A stretch of DNA of 63,935 bases, counting the filler, from Lenisia limosa (taxonomy: Eukaryota; Protista; Breviatea): the NCBI GenBank assembly GCA_001655205.1. It is 18 parts of 18 records of this genome, joined end to end, with 100 filler letters (N's around TTAATTAATTAA, not from the genome) between each part and the next. Parts side by side here need not be neighbours in the genome. Positions count along the whole stretch, not along the records: positions 34,296 to 37,266 come from LPNZ01008724.1; positions 37,367 to 40,602 come from LPNZ01011169.1; positions 40,703 to 42,937 come from LPNZ01009000.1; positions 43,038 to 44,527 come from LPNZ01004235.1; positions 44,628 to 46,214 come from LPNZ01003210.1; 13 more parts are not named here. One strand, written 5' to 3'. Both the position numbers and the translations under genes were made by a program. Of the stretch, positions 34,950 to 46,314 are shown one piece after another. The notes beneath the pieces were generated by a model, which was not told the origin of the DNA, made no database searches, and saw only the letters and a program-made list of their open reading frames with translations. How positions within the stretch are numbered: position 1 is the stretch's first letter; each line of letters begins with the position of its first letter.

Positions 34950-37210
34950 AATCTCACTATGGTTTTTGTTTATGATTGCATGGTGTGGAATACATACCAA
35001 TCGTAACCAGTGTAAGCATTGGTCCCTCTGTTGATCACACCCAAAGAGTACATATTCGCCTTGCGCAATGATTAAAAACGAGTCTCCTGCCCAGCGATCT
35101 TCAATGTTGATTAATACCATTATCGAAATTCCATCATAAAAAGGAAGTGGAGAGAGGTTCAAGGAAAATAGTTCTACATGCAACAAGAAATAGGTTATGG
35201 ACCAAAAGTTTGAAAATTCAGGTATTTTTCATTCCCAAAACCACCCTCTGAAAACAGCTTCGCGGCAAAAGCCTCTCGACGAAGCTGTTCAGCTTTTGCC
35301 GTTAAGTCCAAATTCATTACTATTCCTCAAAACCAAAACCATCCTCTGAGGACAGCTTCACGGCTGAAGCTTCGCAATGTCAAAAAAAAGGGTTATTTCT
35401 TGTGGATTTCCTGAAATTCACGAAACCAAGTTTTGATCTTCTTAAGGAGGCAGAACACTTTCCGTTCTTGAAAATACCTCCATCAACCTCATCCATATGG
35501 TTACATTTGACTAAGATGTGAAAAATGCGAACCAGATACACACAAATTTTTTCTTAACCCATAGGTGAGAAACAAATAACAAACAATAACAGCAAAAATA
35601 AAAACAATGACACACTTGAAACAACATTGGTGGTAAATACTTATCCTTAAACATTGAGGGTTTATATATGGTCCAAAGTGGAGTTATACTAGCAGCTGCC
35701 AATATTTTTTTTTTTGGAATCTAAGTATGTTTGTGGTTCTCCTGCTTCTGTCGTTTTCTGTTGGGGATTAATCACCAGATCTTTATGTTCCAAGTTTCAA
35801 AAAAAAGACTTTACTGGAAAAACAACTTCACATCTTCGTTTCCCCCCTTTTTTTTCTCTTCGTTTTTTATTTCTTTTCTTCATTTCCCCTTTTTTTTCTT
35901 ATTTGAAAGAAAGGGTGTTATTTGCATTGCTGTTTTTAACCCTCATGTATTTTTTAAGAGCGATTATAGGTTTATTGTTTCACAATTATCCATATTAACT
36001 TCTTAGAACAACTCAATGACATGAGTACCTTCAAAACACTGTCCGAGCAAGCCAGTCGGGTTGGATATGACGTGGGGAGGGGGATAACACAGAATCAGAA
36101 GGTATAATGCTGGGGAGGCACGCAGAAAGCTGTGTGCACAGAGTTGTAAGGCAAATGGTTGGGTGAATTAGTTTAGATAGTATAATTCAATATATCTTTG
36201 AAATGGACGGCTTCGGTCAAATACTAAAATCCAATATCACTTCTATGCGTGATGGTGTAGACGGCTTCTCATAGCTGATGTTACGTTTTTTTTGTTACAT
36301 AAATTCCCATTTACCCCCCCCCCCCCAAAGGTGTCCAAAGNNNNNNNNNNNNNNNNNNNNNNNNNNNNNNNNNNNNNNNNNNNNNNNNNNNNNNNNNNNN
36401 NNNNNNNNNNNNNNNNNNNNNNNNNTCCAAGCCATGCATGACCAGAGCATTGAAGCTCGGACTGAACTGAGACTCAAGGTGGCGATGGGGGTAGAATAGA
36501 AGTAGAGCTTCACTTCGGTTTCAAAAAAAGACAGAAGTCTCGATAAATCCTCGGTTAATATCGTTATTTTACAGGTATTTCGGAACAGAAAGTAAAGCTC
36601 TAGGTAGAATATATAATAGAGAGAGGGGGGTAATAAAATATGATATGTGTTTTGCGGGTAAATAACTTCCACAACGCGATTTGTTTTCTTTGTTAGTTCA
36701 ACTGCCTTATCATTTATGATCCTAGTTTCAATTGAGATAGAGACTTTGTCTTTATGATCCTAGTTTAAGTAGAGACTTTACTGCAAAAAATGCCTGTTTA
36801 CGAGGAGAGCTTCACTTTTGTTTCCCCAAAAGACGCGATAAATGTCATTAACCAAAAAATTATCGAGAATTTCATCATAATTATCACCATCATCATAATC
36901 ATCACCATCATCACCANNNNNNNNNNNNNNNNNNNNNNNNNNNNNNNNNNNNNNNNNNNNNNNNNNNNNNNNNNNNNNNNNNNNNNNNNNNNNNNNNNNN
37001 NNNNNNNNNNNNNNNNNNNNNNGTGGTTTCTAATATTTTGATTTTTTTTTTAAAAAAATGATCTCAACTGACTTTCACTTGCCATATAAGGTAATTGTGT
37101 TCACCCCTCCCCGTAGGCTGACACGGATCTCCAAGGCGAGGATCTTGAAGACATGCGCGTTGCGCGTAAGGAAGACAGAAACAAGAAAGTTCAGTCTATT
37201 GAGGAGGTGG
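34950..37210 (-). CDS. Probable spliced gene containing a PH-like segment
   Basis: IEDRWAGDSFLIIAQGEYVLFGCDQQRDQCLHWLRL resembles the last strands and C-terminal Trp-helix of a PH domain; other exon-like pieces (SQFSPSFNALVMHGL); chain not fully resolved. Confidence 0.4.
36127..36268 (-). repeat. Family C copy; shorter pieces at 3305-3350(-), 11536-11570(-), 25860-25888(+), 29975-30005(-), 30486-30520(+)
   Basis: AGCTGTGTGCACAGAGTTGTAAGGCAAATGGTTGGGTGAAT...GCGTGATGGTGTAGACGGCTTC. Confidence 0.8.
36505..36600. mobile_element. MITE family A, full copy
   Basis: TA-GAGCTTCACTTCGGTT...AACAGAAAGTAAAGCTC-TA. Confidence 0.85.
36714..36787 (-). repeat. Family S, 2 units with leader, reverse orientation
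   Basis: Reverse complement TTTTTTGCAGTAAAGTCTCTACTTAAACTAGGATCATAAAGACAAAGTCTC... Confidence 0.8.
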
Positions 37211-37399
37211 GGGGTAGAGAGATTATTCAAGAAATTCAAAAAATATGAGAAATTCAAGAAATATGANNNNNNNNNNNNNNNNNNNNNNNNNNNNNNNNNN
37301 NNNNNNNNNNTTAATTAATTAANNNNNNNNNNNNNNNNNNNNNNNNNNNNNNNNNNNNNNNNNNNNGGGATAAGGGGTGGGGGATGTAGGAGGGGGCAT

Positions 37400-40300
37400 T
37401 TGAATGGACATCTGATGATACCGGTAAAGACTTACCACAGGCACATTGTTTATGAGATCTGATTATCGTTTGGGTAAACGAGTACTTAAATTTACGTAAA
37501 AATTTGTATTTTGGTTCCCAACAATATTTTTTTATTTAAGATTTTTTTCTCCTCGTTGGTACATAAAATTACATTTGTAAATTTCACAAATTCCGTGTCT
37601 TGAATGGCCCCTTCCATTCCTAAACTCACTATATAGCCACCCCTTGAAAGCCCCGGTTGATTTGCTCTATGGTGGATTTGCCCTGGTGCCTGCAGACCCC
37701 TTGAAGTACTTAAATAAAATCCGGGTGAGCCACTTAGGATGTATTTGTTATTTTGGGAGGCACTTAAAAATCTGAGTACATGATAGATAGAATAGTTTAC
37801 ATCCGCTTTTTATCAGATATGACGAGATATTTTTTTTGCATATTTTTTTTTTTTTTTTTTTTGCATTTCAACCGCAATTAGTTCCTNNNNNNNNNNNNNN
37901 NNNNNNNNNNNNNNNNNNNNNNNNNNNNNNNNNNNNNNNNNNNNNNNNNNNNNNNNNNNNNNNNNNNNNNNNNNNNNNNNNNNNNNNNNNNNNNNCTAGC
38001 CAACATTATTGATTTTGTGCTTCTTTTATTTTTCTTTTTTGTACATAAATTTTCCTTTGACTCCCAAAGGGTCCCAGCTGGGCTTCTTTGGAGTACGAAA
38101 CAATGGACGAGATTGCAGCGTACCGACGATCTTCGAGGGACCGCACCTTAATTATGGAGGCAACATCGTGGCCGTCAAAATGTATCTAGACGGTTTTTGT
38201 AATTTTTTTGGGTTGGGAAGTGGTTTTTATTTTGTTATTTTAGTTTGGTTTGTGGTGGTGGTGTGATTTCTTTCAAATATATCAGTGTTTTCAAAGCTCC
38301 TACATCACATGAAGATTGGGTAAGCAGAATCTTTAAGAATTATAATTCAATTGCGGAAGCAAGTTAACCTGGGTCTAGGGGTAACCTTAGGTTAGTTCTA
38401 AAACGATTCGGAAGGACAAAAAAAAAGCAACTTACATGAATTTGATTTAGTTTATGTTTGTTGTATTATTGAAAAGAGAAAAACAAATGATTTTCATAAA
38501 TTTTAGTTAAATTGTCATAAAAATGACGTCACGCGTCACTTGTTTGTGTTCAGATATCCGTGACAATTATCTTGAACAATCCTGCTTTAAGAGGGCTTGA
38601 TAATTTAGGCCCGCTCGACTAATTCGCAAAATACCCAGTCGGAGCCGTTTAACACAAGAACAAGTGAAGTTATTCACTTGCCAATAAGGAAACTTCCAAA
38701 GAAGGTTGGCTGAAATATCTATATTTTTTTTGACAGCAAAAAAAAAAACAATACAATTTACTGGCAAAATAATCCTGACACATTCATAACCTTACCTAGC
38801 TGTATTATCGAAAAATGGTGTCTCTATTTCATAAGAGCAATAAGTTGTTAAACGAAAACATTAACTGGGGATACAAAAAATACAACAATAAACCTGCTTT
38901 GTAGTCCGTGAAATGTCACCATGGGTCAATTACCGATGTATTAAGACTCCATGTGATGTATTGTGCTTGACTTTTAAGAATTGATGGGGCATTTTGTCTG
39001 ATAAAGCCATTTCACAACAGTTAACTAGAAAATTATCAAAACCTACGTGCAGTTTGTTGTGAAGCCCCTCAATGGCATCGATTACATATTGTGATTGAGT
39101 TTACATCGAAGATTTTATCGTCATACATGTCGGGTACTTCTCGAAGTTGTCTGTTAATAATCAAATGATAGCTTTCTTAATTCCCCTCTAGTAAAAGAGA
39201 GACCACAATACCATACCCATGTCCTTCCGTAGGAACAAACCTTATTGGGGAAATATACCAATGCCTGTGTCTACTTCCTTTTTAACAGTTTTACATGCAA
39301 AAATCTGAACTAAACTATTTTGCTAAAAATAGAGCATATACGACGCATCTACTTGGAATTACCATGTAATTTTGAGAATCCCATTAATATTTTCAAATTT
39401 CCATAATTACATGATGACCATGACATGTAAATGATGGGATTTGAAAAAAGTCCATTTATCACCCAATTAGTTGAAAGCTAGAGTAGCCAAGTCGAATTTC
39501 TTTTTCCTTTTCATTTCCAACAGTGGGTTCGAGTCTTTGGAAGGACTACAGGTTTTCATCAATTTTATTTTCAAAAAAGTCGGAGGAAAAAAGAAGAGTA
39601 AAGAAAAAAGCTTGCCATATCAAAAATTACGCTATTCAGGAACATTGCCCGCATGTTATACACATGAACAACGAGCTGTACTTGCCAAAATGAAGGTTCA
39701 GAAAGAGGGTCTAAAAAGTGAGTATCATCAGTGTCATAAACCTTAGCTACCAGAAACAGCTCACTGACGAAAATTCTCAAAAAAGAAGCAAAGTCTATCC
39801 ACACAAAGAGCTACTCAGAGAGGAACATTGCTGAAAACTGTCCTTTTGAAAGTGTGGAAAATACCTGAATATATTAGAAACTGCCCGAAAGAACAAACAA
39901 AACAATCTTATCATTCTTTCACCCTTAACAACTGCCCTCCTCCCCTCACAGTGACAAGGTTTGCTTCTTCCAAATACATCACAATCATTGCTCCTGTAAA
40001 GTTAGGTAAGATAATAGGGATTATTTCAAGAAATATTTTTTAAGGGAAAAGTTTAGCCATGAGTACAATATGTATGCCATATTTAGTGTAATAGTGACAT
40101 GAAGTTATTATGGCCTTTTTATATATTTAAAAAGCAATTTCCCATCCAACCAGCGTCACTGGAATCGGTACTGCCAGCAACCGGGTTAGCAATTCGAATA
40201 AATGACTCATCAGTGCCTTGCGTAAGCTTCACATTGATTTCATACCTGATAAATCAAACAAATTGTAATCGAAATGACGGTCTACTTTGAAGAAAACTGA

Positions 40301-40520
40301 GAGAGCCCCCCTTACGGGTACTCTCCACCAACGTTGATAAGATAGTAACCTGGAGTATAAGAATTATAAAATAATCCCGTTCAAAAAGAAAAGAAAAACT
40401 ACCAAAATAAATACCAATTCTCACCGTTTGTGGGCACGACAAACTCATAGCTTTCGTTGATGTTCGCCGTCTTAGCCAGCCAGTTATCACTAAAAACGTC
40501 AAGAGATAATATGCGATACG
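37400..40520 (-). CDS. Probable spliced gene fragments, unknown function
   Basis: Splice-bounded open segments DVFSDNWLAKTANINESYEFVVPTN, GYYLINVGGEYP, GAMIVMYLEEANLVTVRGGGQLLR, IHFDGHDVASIIK; may belong to one or two genes. Confidence 0.4.
38590..39420 (+). mobile_element. Ty3/gypsy integrase relic
   Basis: Ordered remnants: VKLFTCQ..KEGWLKYL (zinc finger end), DTFITLP (cf. DFITxLP), HGSITD (cf. HGxP..IVSD), VN*KIIKTYVQFV, QWHRLHIVIEF (cf. DW...LPxAEF), YLELPCNF (cf. YxLxLP). Confidence 0.5.
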
Positions 40521-40702
40521 ATAAACCATAAAAACTAACATTCCAATTTATCAAACTTCTGAATCATTTACTGCATTAGGGTGCTCGTCCAATATACTAT
40601 ATNNNNNNNNNNNNNNNNNNNNNNNNNNNNNNNNNNNNNNNNNNNNTTAATTAATTAANNNNNNNNNNNNNNNNNNNNNNNNNNNNNNNNNNNNNNNNNN
40701 NN

Positions 40703-42540
40703 ATATCACCACCCTTTAGCAGCATCACTAACCTATGTCCCCCATACCCTTAGCAGGGCCACTAACCGCCTGCACGGCTTCTTGCGTATCTGGGTGTACA
40801 GATGCAGTGAAAAGCCCACACGCTGCGCCAACAGAGGCCATGAGATTTGGTATGAGAAGGGACAGGAGATAGGGGGCTGCTAAGCTGGGGTGTGCACGTG
40901 TCTCTTGGCTTCTTTAGGAGTAAAAAAGAAAAAAAAAAAGAAATACTTTAAATCCTCTGTTGCCAACACATCTGTGAAACAAAAGGGTTTAAAAAACAAA
41001 ACAAACGAAGCCCATGTCATCATCTTCCATAAGAGAGATTATTGTTTCTAAAAAGTTAGTATGTATTGAGTAAAACATTGAAATAACACAGTATTTTCCA
41101 TGAACAGGGGGGGGGGGGNNNNNNNNNNNNNNNNNNNNNNNNNNNNNNNNNNNNNNNNNNNNNNNNNNNNNNNNNNNNNNNNNNNNNNNNNNNNNNNNNN
41201 NNNNNNNNNNNNNNNNNNNNNNNNNNNNNNNNNNNNNNNNNNNNNNNAACCTGAAAAGAGCAAAAAGATCACAGCACTCTATGGAAAATGAAAGTTTACA
41301 TATTATGTGAAAATAGGTGCTATATTACTGAAAAAAAATGATTTGAAAGACAATTCTACCCACCTATCATGCATGAAGGACTCATTGAAAACAGCCATAG
41401 TCCGCATTATCCTATTGAAGCCTGAAATCAACGGAACTCTGAAGGGGGGGGGGGGTAANNNNNNNNNNNNNNNNNNNNNNNNNNNNNNNNNNNNNNNNNN
41501 NNNNNNNNNNNNNNNNNNNNNNNNNNNNNNNNNNNNNNNNNNNNNNNNNNNNNNNNNNNNNNNNNNNNNNNNNNNNNNNNNNNNNNNNNNNNNNNNNNNN
41601 NNNNNNNNNNNNNNNNNNNNNNNNTTACAATCCGATTTTTGAAAGAGAAATCCATCCCACAAACCGCGATCCATGGTTTTTCCTCTTGCCGAATTTTCGG
41701 AGGCCTAGCGACATTAACCTTCGCGCTGCTGCCCCTGACGAAATCGTGGAATGGAGGTGGAGTACCTGGGGGCAAGATAATGGTGTGTGTGGGGGATGTG
41801 ATATAAAAATATAATATGTCATATTGGATACGAAAAAAATAAAACATCCATGTTCGGTCTGTTATTATTAGAGGTTCCCTATGGTCCCAAAAATGATTTC
41901 TCGAAAAATCATCGATAAATATCGATATTTTTCCGGTTCGAACCAAGTGAATCCCTATCCAAACACAAACCATTTCATTTGGTGGTGTGTCCGGCGAAAC
42001 TGCCACGGGCATGCGTGGAGTTTCAGGGGGGGTTCCGGGTACCGACTGTCTTGATGAGATGGAGGCTGCGCGTGAGGACCGACGGGAAGATTTCGAGGCT
42101 CTTCGTGACATTGATGGCGATGTCGTAGTTGAGGCTTCTGACAGGTTTGAAAGTTGAAATAATAAGGTTCAAAAAAGACAATCCTCTCTCGTCAAGGTTC
42201 AAGTGTTTGTGAAAGTGTAGCCCCTCCTTCGACTTAAAAGAGGTTTGAAAGGATTCCCACATTATACACTCTAAAACAACAAAACCCGAAACAAAATCAT
42301 CCCCAAATGATCATCATCCACCACGCCAACCTCTTGAAGGAGCCCCAGAAGAAGGTGCCAGAGCAGCAGGAGGGGGCGGAGGGAGGAGGGTTGAGGGGTC
42401 TGATATGGACGATGACCAGTATTGGAGTGCCAGGACTGCCCAATGAAGCGCCAAAGTTCGTGATGTCGGCGAGGGCTGCGGGAATTAAGAAGATCTTCAG
42501 GGAAGACGAATTGTCGACTTTATATGATATGATATGATCA
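40703..42540 (-). CDS. Multi-exon gene, probable membrane protein with a Ser/Pro-rich loop, unknown family
   Basis: Minus-strand exons with good acceptors: SRRASKSSRRSSRAASISSRQSVPGTPPETP, TPPPFHDFVRGSSAKV, RVPLISGFNRIMRTMAVFNESFMHDR, LLSLLIPNLMASVGAA; some frames ambiguous. Confidence 0.45.
41871..41955. mobile_element. MITE family A, copy with B-type left end and A-type right end
   Basis: TA-GAGGTTCCCTATGGTCCCAAAAA...TCGAACCAAGTGAATCCC-TA. Confidence 0.75.
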
Positions 42541-42693
42541 TATTGATAATTTGGAAACTTCGTAGAACCCAATTTGAAGTGAAAAAAAAAAAATAGAGAG
42601 CGGGTATTCATAGATGATACAAAAAAGAGGATTTGAGTAGAATCAAAGAAACTCAATTGAATTGATGTGGCTGACGCTATTTGTGTAATTCTC

Positions 42694-42768
42694 GGGCTTT
42701 CTTCGGTTCAAAAAAAAGAAGACTGAATTTCTCGAAACTAGATATTTTCCCGAACCGAAGTGAAGCCC
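42694..42768. mobile_element. MITE family A, internally deleted copy
   Basis: GGGCTTTCTTCGGTTC...CGAACCGAAGTGAAGCCC-TA. Confidence 0.85.
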
Positions 42769-43037
42769 TAATCATATACTATTACTATGAAATATAGAGT
42801 AGTTTTCCGACCTCTTATCTCTCCCCACATTTCCAGACAAACCTGGGAGCACAAAGGAACAAAAGTATCAATGATGGACAAAGAGGTAGCAAAAACTCTA
42901 TCCAGAATATAGGCTTCTTTCTGGGGGTAGGAGTCAANNNNNNNNNNNNNNNNNNNNNNNNNNNNNNNNNNNNNNNNNNNNTTAATTAATTAANNNNNNN
43001 NNNNNNNNNNNNNNNNNNNNNNNNNNNNNNNNNNNNN

Positions 43038-44480
43038 AACTATTGGTTTCGTCTTTGAATTGGCCACCACAAATGAGCGCTGAAGCAAGAGAAAGGAGCT
43101 GATAGGCGGGCGTACGGCTGGGGGACTTTCCTTTTTGGTGGTTCTCGATATAGTAGTTTCCTTTTTGGCCTTCTCCATTTTCGGGACCCAACATTTCCGC
43201 AGCAGCTTTTGAAAGAAGCGCGCAGAAAGCCGGGTTGATGTTTGTACTACACGATGAAACAAATAATTTATGTTAAAATAAGAAAGTTAAAAAATAAGCT
43301 GTGTGAAAAACGAAAAACACAAGGAGGTATTTTGTCAAAGCCTTCTATACAATCGCGTTTATCAGAGTTATTATAATGATATTATCATGTTTTAATAATG
43401 TCATAGTAAGAGTAACAATAGTAATAATATCGTAATGTAAATAAAAAAAAAACAAAGAAGAAACAGCAAACATAAAAAACAACAGCAACAAAACAAACTT
43501 GGCCAACTTTTCCAACTTGCCTATGATGGTAACGATTCGATCAGATAACTCAGCTGAATGGGTTAAGTCAGGACCAAATGGGTAGAAGAAAACAGAGGAA
43601 AGACAATAAAGGGGAAAAAAGAAAGAAAAAAGAAACAAATTAAAAGAAGAAATTTATATTGAACCATTTGTCGTTTTATCACACTTCTTATCCCCTTGGC
43701 GCCTGGTATCTACCAGAGACTCCAGAGACTCTTGACATACTACAGAAGGCGTCTCTGGTGATCTCTTATGAATCCTATGAATCCCGCGCAGAAAGATGTT
43801 GTTAATACATGCGTATCAAGGTCATAACCATCCTTAGATCGACAAAGAGTGCATTTTGAAAATGATAGACCTCAATGGGTTCTCCTCCATCAAGGCACCA
43901 CTCTTGGTGTATGGTGTTACTCTTGAGGGCTTATCAGTGTTGTTTTTATATTGATCCATGTGGAATTGTTTGTCTTGGAGTCTTTGATTTTGTATCTTTT
44001 GTCTGGGAGTATTTTGTTTTGTATCTTTTGGAAACTAAAGGAAGAAAAAAAAAGAAAAAAAAAAATCACATTGTGTCATGAAGTTGAGAACCAGAACAAA
44101 ATTAACATCCCATCAAAAGAGGTTAAATGGTTTAGGTTCAAATAGAGACGAGGGGGGGGGGNNNNNNNNNNNNNNNNNNNNNNNNNNNNNNNNNNNNNNN
44201 NNNNNNNNNNNNNNNNNNNNNNNNNNNNNNNNNNNNNNNNNNNNNNNNNNTCTCTTGTTCAAAAATGTAATAGGGGTGGGACTTGCCTGATATTTATTTG
44301 CTTCTCCGGTTTGATTGAATAAACACTATTTCAATCTTAAAATAATAGGGGGATAAGTTGTTTATAAAATTAAAACTTTTAAACAAACCGAAAGAATGCG
44401 TGCCTAAAGTCGGAAGAATTGCATTGAGCCCGGCTTGGGCCACAATTAATCCGATAACCTGATCTGAAGAAATAAGCTTC
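43038..44480 (-). CDS. Spliced gene fragment, unknown function
   Basis: TNINPAFCALLSKAAAEMLGPENGEGQKGNYYIENHQ..., AELSDRIVTIIGKLEKLAK, EWCLDGGEPIEVYHFQNALFVDLRM. Confidence 0.5.
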
Positions 44481-44627
44481 ATCTTGAAAAAATAAATAAT
44501 AATAATAATATTGCAATTTTTTACAAANNNNNNNNNNNNNNNNNNNNNNNNNNNNNNNNNNNNNNNNNNNNTTAATTAATTAANNNNNNNNNNNNNNNNN
44601 NNNNNNNNNNNNNNNNNNNNNNNNNNN

Positions 44628-46214
44628 TACCCACCCACCCATCCTCCGAAGCCTTGAAGTTAGTATGACATCCCAGCACGGTGCAGGCAGAAAGGTCATA
44701 CCCCCCGTTGACACACGGGTATCCGCCAGAACCATTCTGAGAGGTCAGAATGGGAAATATATGAAACACATAATATGAAACAAACAAAAACGCTTGGCTA
44801 AAAACACATGAGGGCTTCCTAGGTGAGGAGGGGAGGGGGGAGTAAAACAAAGGAAATGTTGATGAAGAATATTGTCGTAAAGGTACTAATCACTAACCAA
44901 ATAATCTGAAACTCCAAACAAAAAACAAGCAATAACAAACACGAGCAACCGACGCTAAAACTAGACAAAAACTAGATGACAAAACACAAAAACAAGCCCA
45001 AGCCAACCTTTGAACACCGCTCGGTCACCCAAACATACGTAAAATGGGAAGTTTATGAAACAAAAGCCTCCCTCCCCCCTGAACATCACCCACACATCTC
45101 TTCTCTCTCTCTCTCTCTCACGCACACACTTTCCATCCTTCCTTCTCTCTCTCTCCATCTCTATCTCACTCCCCCCACCTTTACATCACAAGAGAGGAAT
45201 TGCCATTCGACACATTTCGACGCCAGGCTAAATACCTAGGGGAGGAGTGGGTAAAACGAAGGAAATTTATGAAACAAAAAAAGCCCAAAATCAACTTTGT
45301 TGGCCAATAACACACAAGGGTTGATGATAACAAAATAAACAAAGCCAAGGCCAGTCGCTTCTGCATCACCAGTAAAAAGAAGGGAATTTCGATGAAGAAT
45401 ACTGTCGTAAAGGCAGCAAGAAGGGGTCAAAGGGGAGTAAAATTGGAAATTTATGAAACAAGCAAAAAAAAAAAACTAAAATCCCCCCACTTACCTCAGA
45501 ATACAGACCATGGGTGGAGGCAGCGAAATCAATTGCACCGTCCTTCAAAATTGCTGTTAAGTGCGGGCGTAAATCTGGGGGGAGGGGAAGTGAGAATGTA
45601 TGTTTTCTGGGGAGTAAAAATGCAAGTTTAGGCAAATAGAATTAGCAGTACACTGTGTTATATCCACTAGTTAATTTCATACATACAGTGACCGGGATAA
45701 GTCTTGACCTTTTCCTTGGGGAATCACATAGCAAATCGGTCAAGATTTATCCCGGTCACTGTACATATCATATCATCAACCCCCCTACCAGCNNNNNNNN
45801 NNNNNNNNNNNNNNNNNNNNNNNNNNNNNNNNNNNNNNNNNNNNNNNNNNNNNNNNNNNNNNNNNNNNNNNNNNNNNNNNNNNNNNNNNNNNNNNNNNNN
45901 NNNNNNNNNNNNNNNNNNNNNNNNNNNNNNNNNNNNNNNNNNNNNNNNNNNNNNNNNNNNNNNNNNNNNNNNNNNNNNNNNNNNNNNNNNNNNNNNNNNN
46001 NNNNNNNNNNNNNNNNNNNNNNNNNNNNNNNNNNNNNNNNNNNNNNNNNNNTTTGATGAAAAATATTGGCGTAAAGGTACTAATCACGAACCGAATAGTC
46101 TGAAACCCAAACAAAAACAAACCAAGTTGTCACTACCAACGCTAAAACTAGACGAAAACCATATGACAAAACACCCCTTAAATCCAGCGTCCCTGGGAGT
46201 GGCTGGATACATTG
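44628..46214 (-). CDS. Spliced gene fragment, unknown function
   Basis: Exons DLRPHLTAILKDGAIDFAASTHGLYSE, YLAWRRN, NGSGGYPCVNGGYDLSACTVLGCHTNFKASEDG; introns filled with repeats. Confidence 0.55.
44836..45480 (-). repeat. Family B cluster (44836-45005 and 45236-45480); further copy at 46052-46175
   Basis: Reverse complement GATGCAGAAGCGACTGGCCTTGGCTTTG...CCAACAAAGTTGATTTTGGGC...TTTTACCCACTCCTCCCCTAG|exon, plus variant module TACCTTTACGACAATATTCTTCATC. Confidence 0.85.
45686..45761. mobile_element. Tc1-like MITE family T (76 bp)
   Basis: TA-CAGTGACCGGGATAAGTCTTGACC ... GGTCAAGATTTATCCCGGTCACTG-TA; 24-bp TIR with one mismatch; CAGT termini with TA flanks are typical of Tc1/mariner. Confidence 0.85.
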
Positions 46215-46314
46215 NNNNNNNNNNNNNNNNNNNNNNNNNNNNNNNNNNNNNNNNNNNNTTAATTAATTAANNNNNNNNNNNNNNNNNNNNNNNNNNNNNN
46301 NNNNNNNNNNNNNN

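Noticed and set aside
34340-35006. ORFs rich in KQNKT or FVLFRF
   Set aside because: Products of the (GTTTT/GTTTC)n microsatellite.
35253-35301. HDV-like ribozyme
   Set aside because: Only 7 nt lie between the second stem's 5' arm and the first stem's 3' arm; no room for P3/L3, P1.1 or P4.
38524-38531. TGACGTCA CRE/ATF-like site (also near 52222)
   Set aside because: Short motif expected by chance, with no demonstrable promoter context.
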